This document shows positions 8,357 through 16,791 of a DNA stretch of 64,000 nucleotides, piece after piece. The DNA lies in the NCBI GenBank assembly GCA_041650995.1, contig JBAZJZ010000001.1, positions 491,302-555,301 of the forward strand. The letters run 5' to 3'. The notes below the pieces were generated by a model. It did no database searches, was not told the DNA's origin, and worked only from the letters and a program-made list of their open reading frames with translations. The position numbers were made by a program, and so were the translations under genes. The stretch comes from Patescibacteria group bacterium. Lineage in GTDB: Bacteria; Patescibacteriota; Patescibacteriia; XYB2-FULL-38-15. Every line of letters starts with the position of its first letter. Position 1 is the first letter of the stretch.

Positions 8357-9064
8357 TCACCCCCGCACTTCACAAATTTCAAAATTATCTTTTATTTCAT
8401 CACGCAATTTCTTTAAAAATTCTATTGAATACGGTTTTATTTCACGAAATTCCGGACTGAAAATTTTCTCGCCTGATCTAAATTGCTGCAAATAATATTT
8501 TTTTGCTCCCCTGATAAAATTCGCAAGGTCCAAAATATTTTCTTCATTATGCAGCCCCGGAACGACTGTGGTACGAAATTCATATTCTAAACCGCTTTGC
8601 ATAATAATGCCAATACTTTGTTTAATATTCTCTATATCCACTGTGGCGCCAGCAACTTTTTCATATGATTCTTTTTGCAATAAAGTTTTTATATCCATAG
8701 AAATATAATCAATCATTTTTTCCGCTATGAGCGCCTTAAGCATTTCCGGATTTGTTCCATTGGTATCTAATTTTACCAAAAAACCAAGAATTCTAATTTT
8801 TTTTATAAACTCCGGCAAATCTGGATGAAGAGTCGGCTCTCCTCCTGTGATGCAAACCCCGTCAAGCAAACCGTGGCGCGAATTTAAAAAATCAAAAAAA
8901 ACTTTTTCTTCAATAATTTCCGATAATTTAAATTCAGCCGGATCAATTAATTCCGGATTATGGCAAAAATGACAACGAAAATTACAACCGACAGTAAAAA
9001 CCGTGCAAGCAATTTTGCCGGGGTAATCAATCAAAGTTAGTTTTTGTAATCCACCGATAATCAT
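8357..9064 (-). CDS. nrdG: Anaerobic ribonucleoside-triphosphate reductase activating protein
   Basis: TLIDYPGKIA, GCNFRCHFCHN, TGGEPT; downstream of nrdD. Confidence 0.93.
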   Translation of the reverse strand: MIIGGLQKLTLIDYPGKIACTVFTVGCNFRCHFCHNPELIDPAEFKLSEIIEEKVFFDFLNSRHGLLDGVCITGGEPTLHPDLPEFIKKIRILGFLVKLDTNGTNPEMLKALIAEKMIDYISMDIKTLLQKESYEKVAGATVDIENIKQSIGIIMQSGLEYEFRTTVVPGLHNEENILDLANFIRGAKKYYLQQFRSGEKIFSPEFREIKPYSIEFLKKLRDEIKDNFEICEVRG

Positions 9065-9080
9065 AGGGACATTTTATCAC

Positions 9081-9115
9081 AAAACACGGCTCCCATCAAT
9101 GGAAAGCCGTGTTTT
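9081..9115. terminator. Hairpin/terminator between the NrdD small ORF and nrdG
   Basis: AAAACACGGCT...AGCCGTGTTTT inverted repeat. Confidence 0.6.
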
Positions 9116-9135
9116 AAGATTTCATCATTTTTTAC

Positions 9136-9285
9136 TTAAACTTCTTCCAGCTGTTTATCATAAGTCTTTCTCTCTCCAAATTCCGCCTGCTTGCCATCGT
9201 TCCATTGACTTACCGGTCGAAGATAGCCGACGACGCGGGAATAAATTTCACACGCCTGCCGTTTTGATTGTTTTTCCTCCGTCAT
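9136..9285 (-). CDS. Stand-alone NrdD C-terminal glycyl-radical domain (49 aa)
   Basis: Unlisted ORF MTEEKQSKRQACEIYSRVVGYLRPVSQWNDGKQAEFGERKTYDKQLEEV carrying the RVVGY glycyl-radical motif that is missing from the large NrdD. Confidence 0.88.
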   Translation of the reverse strand: MTEEKQSKRQACEIYSRVVGYLRPVSQWNDGKQAEFGERKTYDKQLEEV

Positions 9286-9317
9286 ATATTTATTGTTATT
9301 TATTATTTTGTGATTAA

Positions 9318-11348
9318 TTAATCTTTATAACCAATTTCTTCGTCACACTTCGGACAAAACGGATGTTCACCGGCAAGGTATCCATGTTTCGGACAGACAC
9401 TAAAAGTCGGGGTCAAAGAAAAATAAGGAAGATGAAATTGGCTCGCGATTTTTTTAACAAGTATTTTTGCCGCGTCACCAGAAGGCAATCTTTCTCCGAT
9501 AAATCCATGAAGCACTGTTCCTCCAGTATACCGCGTTTGCAGGTCGTCTTGCAAGCGCAAGGCTTCAAAATAATCATTAGTAAAGCCAACGGGCAGATGA
9601 GATGAGTTTGTGTAATAAGGAGTGGCGCCTTTTTCCCGATGAGCCTTTTCGTTGGCGACAATAATATCCGGATATTTTATTTTATCTTTTTTCACCAAAC
9701 TGTAGCTCGTGCCTTCTCCGGGAGTTGCTTCAAGATTATAAAGATTATTTGTTTCTAGTTGATAATCCATCAACCTTTCCCTCATAAAATCAAGAACGGA
9801 TTTGGCAAAATCATGGCCTTCCTCCGTAGTGATATTCCTACCCAAGAAATTGAGGCATGCCTCGTTCATACCAATCAAACCGATCGTGTTGAAATGGTTT
9901 CTCCAATATTCATTAAATCTTTCTTTTATTGGCGCGAGATAATGTCGGCAATAAGGATAAAGTCCTTTTCCGGTTAGAGTTTCCACAACTTCTCTTTTTA
10001 TTTCAAGACTCTTTTTGGCCAAATCCATTAAACGCGCCAATCTGTCAAAAAATTCTTTTCTTGTTTTTGAAAGATAACCGATGCGAGGCAAATTGATTGT
10101 TACAACGCCGATTGAACCGGTTAAAGGATTGGCCGCGAAAAGTCCGCCGCCGCGTTTTCTAAGTTCGCGGTTATCAAGGCGCAAGCGGCAACACATTGAT
10201 CGCGCGTCTTCAGCTTTCATATCTGAATTTACAAAATTGGCAAAATAAGGAATGCCGTACTTGGCCGTCATTTCCCAAATTGAATCCAACTCTTTCTTCT
10301 CCCAATTAAAATCTGGCGTGATATTATAGGTCGGAATTGGAAAAGAAAAAACTCTACCCTTCGCGTCACCAGAAATCATCACTTCGGCAAAGGCCTGATT
10401 AAACATATCCATTTCCGCCTGAAATTCTCCGTATTTTTCTTTTTGTGGCACTCCGCCAACAATCACTGCTTCATCCGCCATGTTTTTGGGCGGGGTAAGA
10501 TCCATAGTGACGTTGGTAAACGGCGTCTGAAAACCAACGCGAGTGGGAACATTAACATTAAAAACAAATTCCTGCATGGCTTGTTTCACATCTTTGTAGG
10601 ACAAACCATCATAGCGAATAAAAGGAGCAAGAAGCGTGTCAAAATTGGCAAACGCCTGCGCGCCCGCTACCTCTCCCTGAAGAGTATAAAAGAAATTAAC
10701 AATCTGCCCCAACGCGCTCCTCAAGTGTTTTGCCGGTTTTGATTCTATCTTTCCGGCAACTCCCCCAAAACCGCGCGTCAAAAGATCATGGAGATCCCAA
10801 CCGCAACAATAAGCCGCCAAAATTTGCAAATCATGAATATGAAAATCTCCATCCACGTAAGCATCTCTGATTTCGGGCGGATAAACCTTATTTAGCCAAT
10901 AATGAGAACTTATCGCTGAACTAATATGATTATTCAATCCTTGCAAAGAAAACGCCATGTTGCTGTTTTCTCGAACCAACCAATCCAATTTATCCAAATA
11001 ATTGCCCATTATCTGGTTTCCATCAACCAACGCATTCAGTTCGCGAATTTTTGCGTGCTGATCGCGGTAGAGAATATACGCTTTAGCCACCCTAATCTGT
11101 CTGGCTCTAATCAAAACTTCTTCTACAATATCCTGAATTTCTTCCACGGCCGGTATTGAACGATGATGAAATTTTTTATTTAAAATTTTCATCACCTGGT
11201 CAGAGAGCCGATTCGCTAATTTTTCGTCTTTTTCTCCGATTGCCTCTATTGCCTTTCCAACAGCTACCGTAACTTTTCCTTGGTCAAAATCAACAATGCG
11301 GCCATCTCTTTTTCTTATTTGGGTGACTTTATTTTGACTATAAATCAT
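9318..11348 (-). CDS. nrdD: Class III anaerobic ribonucleoside-triphosphate reductase, large subunit with ATP cone
   Basis: KRDG ATP cone, HIHDL, RSMCCRL finger loop, EATPGEG, C-terminal CPKHG...CPKC; ends before the glycyl-radical loop. Confidence 0.95.
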   Translation of the reverse strand: MIYSQNKVTQIRKRDGRIVDFDQGKVTVAVGKAIEAIGEKDEKLANRLSDQVMKILNKKFHHRSIPAVEEIQDIVEEVLIRARQIRVAKAYILYRDQHAKIRELNALVDGNQIMGNYLDKLDWLVRENSNMAFSLQGLNNHISSAISSHYWLNKVYPPEIRDAYVDGDFHIHDLQILAAYCCGWDLHDLLTRGFGGVAGKIESKPAKHLRSALGQIVNFFYTLQGEVAGAQAFANFDTLLAPFIRYDGLSYKDVKQAMQEFVFNVNVPTRVGFQTPFTNVTMDLTPPKNMADEAVIVGGVPQKEKYGEFQAEMDMFNQAFAEVMISGDAKGRVFSFPIPTYNITPDFNWEKKELDSIWEMTAKYGIPYFANFVNSDMKAEDARSMCCRLRLDNRELRKRGGGLFAANPLTGSIGVVTINLPRIGYLSKTRKEFFDRLARLMDLAKKSLEIKREVVETLTGKGLYPYCRHYLAPIKERFNEYWRNHFNTIGLIGMNEACLNFLGRNITTEEGHDFAKSVLDFMRERLMDYQLETNNLYNLEATPGEGTSYSLVKKDKIKYPDIIVANEKAHREKGATPYYTNSSHLPVGFTNDYFEALRLQDDLQTRYTGGTVLHGFIGERLPSGDAAKILVKKIASQFHLPYFSLTPTFSVCPKHGYLAGEHPFCPKCDEEIGYKD

Positions 11349-11493
11349 AAATTAGGCGAATAAAATAACAAGATAACCTTAAAGAACATTGATTCGAGAA
11401 TCTGGCAATAAATTTTCAAAACCTGTCTAAATCCTCCTTCTCAAATCTGCTCTTGCTATCTTGCTATCGTATTATCTCTTATACTAAATTTAT

Positions 11494-12714
11494 TTACATT
11501 ATTTTTTTTCGAAGAAACGCGGGAATATCCAAATCTTCCGTTTCTCCCCCTTCAGCCGCGCCGACTTTCTTTGCGGAAAAATTTTTACCACCTGATTCTT
11601 TCTCGTCATTTCCGTCAATATCTCCGAACTCGGTAATTTTTTTCACCGGTCTTTTTTGAAATTGGCCGACAGATGATTTTTCGGCTTCTTTTGCCTTTCC
11701 AATAGTTGGAACGGAAAACGACCGTGGCGTCGGAGCTTCCGCGTCATAAGAAGATTTTCTTCTTTCCGTAAATCCTGTCGCAATAACAGTTATCCTTACG
11801 CTATCTTTCATGTTTTCATTTATCACCGCGCCGAAAATAACTTTAGCGTCAGGATCAGCTGAACCGGTAATAATTTTCGCCGCCTCGGCCACCTCATGCA
11901 TGCCCAAATTCGGACCGCCTGTAACTGTAAAAAGTATTCCTCGCGCTCCATCAATGGACATTTCCAAAAGCGGGGAAGAAATCGCAGCTTTAGCTGCTTC
12001 GTCGGCTCTACTTTCACCACCCGCCTCGCCGATTCCCATCATTGCCGTTCCCGCGTCTTTCATAATTGCCCGCACATCGGCAAAATCAACGTTAATCAAA
12101 CCGGGAATTGTAATTAATTCGGAAATTCCCTGAACGCCGTTTTTTAAAACCTCGTCGCAAGTCATAAAAGCGTCCAGAAGGGAAGTTTTTTTATCAATAA
12201 TTTGTAAAAGACGGTCATTCGGAATAGTAATCAATGTATCAACCTTATCTTCAAGTTCTTCGAGCGCCCGTTCAGCAATAGTCCGCCGTTGAGCCCCCTC
12301 AAAAGAAAAAGGTTTGGTCACAACTCCCACGGTTAAAGCTCCCTGGTCGCGCGCAAGCTGGGCAACAATCGGCGCCGCGCCCGATCCTGTGCCTCCGCCT
12401 AAACCGCAAGTCACAAAGACCATGTCCGCGCCTTTTAGGGCGTCTCTAATTTCATTTTGACTTTCTTCGGCAGAACGCCGACCAACTTCCGGATCCATAC
12501 CCGCTCCCAAACCGCGCGTGATAGTTTTTCCGATATGCAATCTTACGGGCGCTTCCGAATAATGAAGAGCCTGAACATCGGTATTGGCGGCAATAAATTC
12601 AACACCTCTTATTTTTGCTTTGACCATACGATTTACCGCCGATCCGCCCGATCCTCCGACGCCAACAACCTTGATCTTGGCAAAGGTTTCAATTTCTGGT
12701 TTTATTTCTGGCAT
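11494..12714 (-). CDS. ftsZ: Cell division protein FtsZ
   Basis: GGGTGSG tubulin signature, NVDFADV, C-terminal LDIPAFLR. Confidence 0.98.
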   Translation of the reverse strand: MPEIKPEIETFAKIKVVGVGGSGGSAVNRMVKAKIRGVEFIAANTDVQALHYSEAPVRLHIGKTITRGLGAGMDPEVGRRSAEESQNEIRDALKGADMVFVTCGLGGGTGSGAAPIVAQLARDQGALTVGVVTKPFSFEGAQRRTIAERALEELEDKVDTLITIPNDRLLQIIDKKTSLLDAFMTCDEVLKNGVQGISELITIPGLINVDFADVRAIMKDAGTAMMGIGEAGGESRADEAAKAAISSPLLEMSIDGARGILFTVTGGPNLGMHEVAEAAKIITGSADPDAKVIFGAVINENMKDSVRITVIATGFTERRKSSYDAEAPTPRSFSVPTIGKAKEAEKSSVGQFQKRPVKKITEFGDIDGNDEKESGGKNFSAKKVGAAEGGETEDLDIPAFLRKKIM

Positions 12715-12721
12715 AAAATTG

Positions 12722-12796
12722 GATTATAGATTATAGATTATAGATTTTGGCTATTTTATCTTTTATTTAAAATCTACAATCTATAATCTGAAATCT
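12722..12796. repeat. Heptamer inverted tandem repeat between ftsA and ftsZ
   Basis: (GATTATA)x3 paired with AATCTAC-AATCTAT-AATCTG. Confidence 0.7.
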
Positions 12797-12797
12797 A

Positions 12798-14033
12798 TTA
12801 TGGCATCAAAGATTTAAACCACTTTTTGACTTGGCTTGTAACTTTATCAATACTTTTGAAACGAGAAGTAAATCCGCCGCTTCTTTCATCATATACTGCA
12901 TTGCCCCAAAGAACCAGTCCCAGGGCCGGTACAAACGACACATCATTAACCTTATCAACCACGCTTGTGATATTTTGAGGATAGCCCAAAGAAACCGGCA
13001 GACGCAATTTTCTCTTAGCGACATCTAAAATTCCCGGGAGCTTGGCGGTTGAACCGACAAGGATCACGCCTGAAGGCAAAAGGCCGCTGCGTCCAATTTT
13101 TTTCAATTCGTCATCAATTTTTTCAAAAATTTCCTCAACCCTGGCCTCAATAATTTCCGCAACGTATTTTTTAGAAATTAAAGTATTTTCCCCTGGCTCA
13201 TAATCACCAAGATTAAGCTCATCTTTTTTACTAATATCTTTTGGCAGAGCTGTGCCGTGTTCCAATTTTATTTTTTCCGCGGCATCAAGCGACGTGCGAA
13301 GGCCAATGGCGACATCCGACGTGATATGATCGCCGCCGAGTGGCAAAAAAGCCGTATGCATAACATCCCCGCCTTCAAAAACTGCGAGCTCTGTAGATGT
13401 CCGCCCGATATTGGCCACGGCTACACCCAATTCTTTCTGGCGAGGACTCGTAACCGCTTCTGATGCGGCGAGAATTGAAAAAACAACATCCTCAATATCC
13501 ACGCCCGTGCGATAAATGCATTTGGTTAAATTTTTTATATGTGAACTTAAACCTTGAATAATTTGAGTTTCTACTTCAAGCCTTACTCCGCTCATGCCGA
13601 TCGGATCGCGAATATTAACTTGACTATCGATAGAAAAAGTCCTGGGTATAACATGTAAAATTTCAAAATTGGGAGGAGTGGCAACGGCACGCGAAGCTTC
13701 GATTGATCTTTCCACGTCACCATCATCAATTTCACCGTTAGGCTTTGCCACGGCAATAACTCCTTTGCTTTTTTGGAAAATAATGTGATCACCGGAAATA
13801 CCAACCCAAACCCCGTCGACAGGAACGCCCGTGACTCGCTCAGCTGCTTCAAAAGCCGCCGCAATGCTTGAGGTGGCGTTTTCAACGCTCATGACCGTCC
13901 CGCGAGACATCCCCTCTGACGGCACCTCTATCGCAGCTAAAATTTTTGGCGCTCCGGCCAGATCCCGCTGCCCCACGACTACTCGCGCTGCAGTTGAGCC
14001 AAGGTCTAAACCGGTGATTATTTCACTTCTCAT
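12798..14033 (-). CDS. ftsA: Cell division protein FtsA
   Basis: GLDLGS, PIGMSGVRLE, GGDHITSD, AEKIK; start at MRSEII. Confidence 0.96.
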   Translation of the reverse strand: MRSEIITGLDLGSTAARVVVGQRDLAGAPKILAAIEVPSEGMSRGTVMSVENATSSIAAAFEAAERVTGVPVDGVWVGISGDHIIFQKSKGVIAVAKPNGEIDDGDVERSIEASRAVATPPNFEILHVIPRTFSIDSQVNIRDPIGMSGVRLEVETQIIQGLSSHIKNLTKCIYRTGVDIEDVVFSILAASEAVTSPRQKELGVAVANIGRTSTELAVFEGGDVMHTAFLPLGGDHITSDVAIGLRTSLDAAEKIKLEHGTALPKDISKKDELNLGDYEPGENTLISKKYVAEIIEARVEEIFEKIDDELKKIGRSGLLPSGVILVGSTAKLPGILDVAKRKLRLPVSLGYPQNITSVVDKVNDVSFVPALGLVLWGNAVYDERSGGFTSRFKSIDKVTSQVKKWFKSLMP

Positions 14034-14067
14034 ATATTGACGCTTATCTGTTCTTCGCAAGTCTTTT

Positions 14068-14096
14068 ATTATAAATAATCCTGGAAAATTTTGCAA
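14068..14096 (-). promoter_or_regulatory. sigma70 promoter of ftsAZ
   Basis: TTGCAA-17nt-TATAAT. Confidence 0.65.
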
Positions 14097-14177
14097 CTTT
14101 GTTAAATTGCCACATTATTACTCTGCCAAATGGTTAATGACGTAATCAGCTTTTCACCCGAGACAACAACTTTAGGC

Positions 14178-14543
14178 TTAAAATAATTTAATCAGATACG
14201 GACCCAAAATCAGAACGCCAACTATAATCGCTCCGAGTGAGGAAAGCAAAACTACCGCGGCCATAATATCCTTGACCGTTTCAACATAAGGATGCATTCT
14301 CGGCTTCAAAACATCCACCACTCTTTCAAAAACGCTGTTGATTAACTCTAGCACCAAAACCATCATAATGACAAGCAAAAGAGCTACCGCCTCCCAAACT
14401 TTAACATTAAAAAATAAGGCTAAAATTAAAACCAGAAACCCCAGTAACACTTGAACGCGAAAACTTTGTTCTTCCTTGAAAACCCTGACCAATCCCCTGC
14501 CTGCGTAACGAAAACTTTTTATCAAACGGCTTAAACTAAACAT
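14178..14543 (-). CDS. dgkA: Diacylglycerol/undecaprenol kinase (DgkA family)
   Basis: SFRYAGRG, ELINSVFERVVD, KDIMA; follows ybeY. Confidence 0.88.
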   Translation of the reverse strand: MFSLSRLIKSFRYAGRGLVRVFKEEQSFRVQVLLGFLVLILALFFNVKVWEAVALLLVIMMVLVLELINSVFERVVDVLKPRMHPYVETVKDIMAAVVLLSSLGAIIVGVLILGPYLIKLF

Positions 14544-14585
14544 TGCCGCATTGTTATATTGTTACATTATTAAATTGCCAACAAT

Positions 14586-15011
14586 TTAACCATCTAACAA
14601 TTTAACCATTTTATTTTGTAAATTTTCCATCCTCCTGGATTCTCTTAAACTCTTTTCGTGATCATACCCCGCCAAATGCAGAACGCCGTGGATTAATAAC
14701 ATTTTTATTTCTTCCAACGCGGTGTGCTTTTGCTCCTTCGCCTGCCTCACTGCCTGCGGATAAGAAATTATTATTTCGCCCTCTACTCCCCCGCCAACTT
14801 TTGATTCGTAGATAAAACTCAAAACATCTGTTGTCTTATTTTTCCCACGATAAAAATTATTTAGCTTTTTTATTTCCGCATCGCCGACAAAGGCAAGTGA
14901 AATTTCCGCATTTTTAACTTTTACACTCTTAAAAACTAATTCTACAATTTTGCTGATCCATTTTTTATCTAACTTTCTACCGACACGCTGATTTATTTCA
15001 ATTTTAATCAT
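14586..15011 (-). CDS. ybeY: rRNA maturation endoribonuclease YbeY
   Basis: TDVLSF and HGVLHLAGYDH. Confidence 0.95.
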   Translation of the reverse strand: MIKIEINQRVGRKLDKKWISKIVELVFKSVKVKNAEISLAFVGDAEIKKLNNFYRGKNKTTDVLSFIYESKVGGGVEGEIIISYPQAVRQAKEQKHTALEEIKMLLIHGVLHLAGYDHEKSLRESRRMENLQNKMVKLLDG

Positions 15012-15030
15012 TTTTACATCCTTAAAAACT

Positions 15031-16014
15031 TTACAAACTCAACTTAAAACTTTTTATCATCATTTCAAAAGTACTTTTATAATTTATCTCTGTTTTACTT
15101 CCGACGCTATAACTAATTGCATAAATTTTATCTCCCGAGGCAAAGTAAGTCGTAAGTCCATCAGGGCTCTTTTTTCCCAAAAGACCGCTTTTTGTTGTAA
15201 TATCGGCAAGCTCAGAAGGATTTGTTTCCGGCGACTCAAACAAATACCAATCTAAAAGCGGCAGGCGGTTAAGATTCTCATCAACTATAACCTGAAAAAT
15301 CTCTCCCGTTGTTGAAGTAAGAAGTATTTCTCTTTCTGTTTCATCAAGGGCTCTTGCGATCCAAAGTGAAGGGTAAAAAATAGAATATTTATAAATTTGG
15401 TTGTCATAAATTTTTACTAGATTTGTTTCTTCAATTTTCTGTGGAGCAAGTCCTGTCGGATTGTATAAATTTATAATTTCCAGGGTGTCGGGATAACCAT
15501 CTCCATCTGTATCTGCTTTAGTCGGATCAGTGCTAAACAAAGTTTCCTCCACGTCTGTCATGCCATCTTGGTCTGTGTCTGTTGCCGAAGGTAGCGGAGT
15601 TGCTGGTTCAGGCAGTGGTGCGGGACAATCAGCAAGGCACGTAATGGAATTTTCTCCTGATTCACATATTCCATTACCACAAACCGGCGCAGGCGGTACA
15701 TTTACAGGCACGTTAACGGGAACATTAACAGGCGGTACATTTACAGGCACGTTCGTCACGACGTTGGTATTAGCCGGCAATGTAGTGGTTTTTGGTTCGT
15801 TGGTCAAACTTTGAGTGAAAAGATACGCCGCCACAGCCATCAAGCCAATAACAACAATCCCCACCACAATAATCAGGGTTGTTTTCGACCCGCCACCCTT
15901 CCCCTCTTTCGGCACTTTTACTTTTTTAAAATAAAACTGCTCTGGCATAGCCTTAATTTCCACGGGCGGCTCTTCGGCGATATTTATGGGTTTCGTTGAC
16001 TCTCCGTTTGACAT
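15031..16014 (-). CDS. Membrane-anchored surface protein with Pro/Val-rich stalk, Cys module, bacterial TSP3-like Ca-binding repeats and PsbP-like C-terminus
   Basis: TM helix, (NVP)n, CGNGICESGE...CLADC, DTDQDG/DTDGDG repeats. Confidence 0.7.
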   Translation of the reverse strand: MSNGESTKPINIAEEPPVEIKAMPEQFYFKKVKVPKEGKGGGSKTTLIIVVGIVVIGLMAVAAYLFTQSLTNEPKTTTLPANTNVVTNVPVNVPPVNVPVNVPVNVPPAPVCGNGICESGENSITCLADCPAPLPEPATPLPSATDTDQDGMTDVEETLFSTDPTKADTDGDGYPDTLEIINLYNPTGLAPQKIEETNLVKIYDNQIYKYSIFYPSLWIARALDETEREILLTSTTGEIFQVIVDENLNRLPLLDWYLFESPETNPSELADITTKSGLLGKKSPDGLTTYFASGDKIYAISYSVGSKTEINYKSTFEMMIKSFKLSL

Positions 16015-16020
16015 AACAAA

Positions 16021-16124
16021 TAAATTAAAAGTGTAAAGTTAAAAGTGAAAAATTACAGTTAAAAATTAAAAGTTACAAAATTAAAATCAAAACTTTACAC
16101 TTTTAATTTATAACTTTTAACTTT
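16021..16124. repeat. AT-rich heptamer inverted repeat (TAAAAGT/ACTTTTA units)
   Basis: TAAATTAAAAGTGTAAAGTT pairs with AACTTTACACTTTTAATTTA. Confidence 0.7.
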
Positions 16125-16769
16125 CTAGGGCTGTTCCAGTAATCTCCCCGGCCCTTTTGGATCATAGCCGTTTTCTACCTCACTACCATCTAAAAAGGTA
16201 TCTCCGTCCGTATCGGAATTTAAGGGATCAGTGAAATAAAAATTCACTTCCATACCATCATTTAATCCATCTTCGTCTGTATCAACCTTTGTCGGGTCAG
16301 TTCCAAGAGCTGCCTCTTCCGCGTCGGTTAAACCGTCATCATCTGAATCAATGCTTTCCGGCGGAGGAACGACAGGCGCGGTTTCAAGAACTGCGGGCGG
16401 TATTTCCACGGGAGTTTCGTTAACGATTGGTTCTATTTCGGCCGGGATATTTTCTGGAGGCAAGTTGGCATTAAAGTCAGCAACTACGGGAGTTTCAGTC
16501 TCTTCTGGCGCGGCAGAAAACTGCCGCCAGACAAGGTAACCTCCGCCGCCAAGAATTAAAACTAAAATTCCCGCGGCCAAAATTAAAAGTATTTTCTTCT
16601 TACCCGAACCCCCGCTCTCTTCTCCAACATCTTCTGGGGTTGCGCCAACCGGAGCGGCGCCTCCGGGCATGCCGGGCACGGTCGGCGAAAGAGCGCCAGA
16701 CGGTCTTAAGGTTTCGGGTTTTGTCGGCTCAACGCCGGCAAACATATCTTCTGGTTCTTTGTCAAACAT
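16125..16769 (-). CDS. Membrane-anchored protein with bacterial TSP3-like Ca-binding repeats
   Basis: TM helix, acidic Pro-rich linker, DSDDDGL/DTDEDGL/DTDGD repeats. Confidence 0.72.
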   Translation of the reverse strand: MFDKEPEDMFAGVEPTKPETLRPSGALSPTVPGMPGGAAPVGATPEDVGEESGGSGKKKILLILAAGILVLILGGGGYLVWRQFSAAPEETETPVVADFNANLPPENIPAEIEPIVNETPVEIPPAVLETAPVVPPPESIDSDDDGLTDAEEAALGTDPTKVDTDEDGLNDGMEVNFYFTDPLNSDTDGDTFLDGSEVENGYDPKGPGRLLEQP

Positions 16770-16791
16770 AATTTTTAATATTAATTTTAAT

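Noticed and set aside
11349-11493. NrdR boxes or a riboswitch upstream of nrdD
   Set aside because: No recognisable tandem NrdR-box palindromes or cobalamin riboswitch core; only a short TCTTGCTA repeat.
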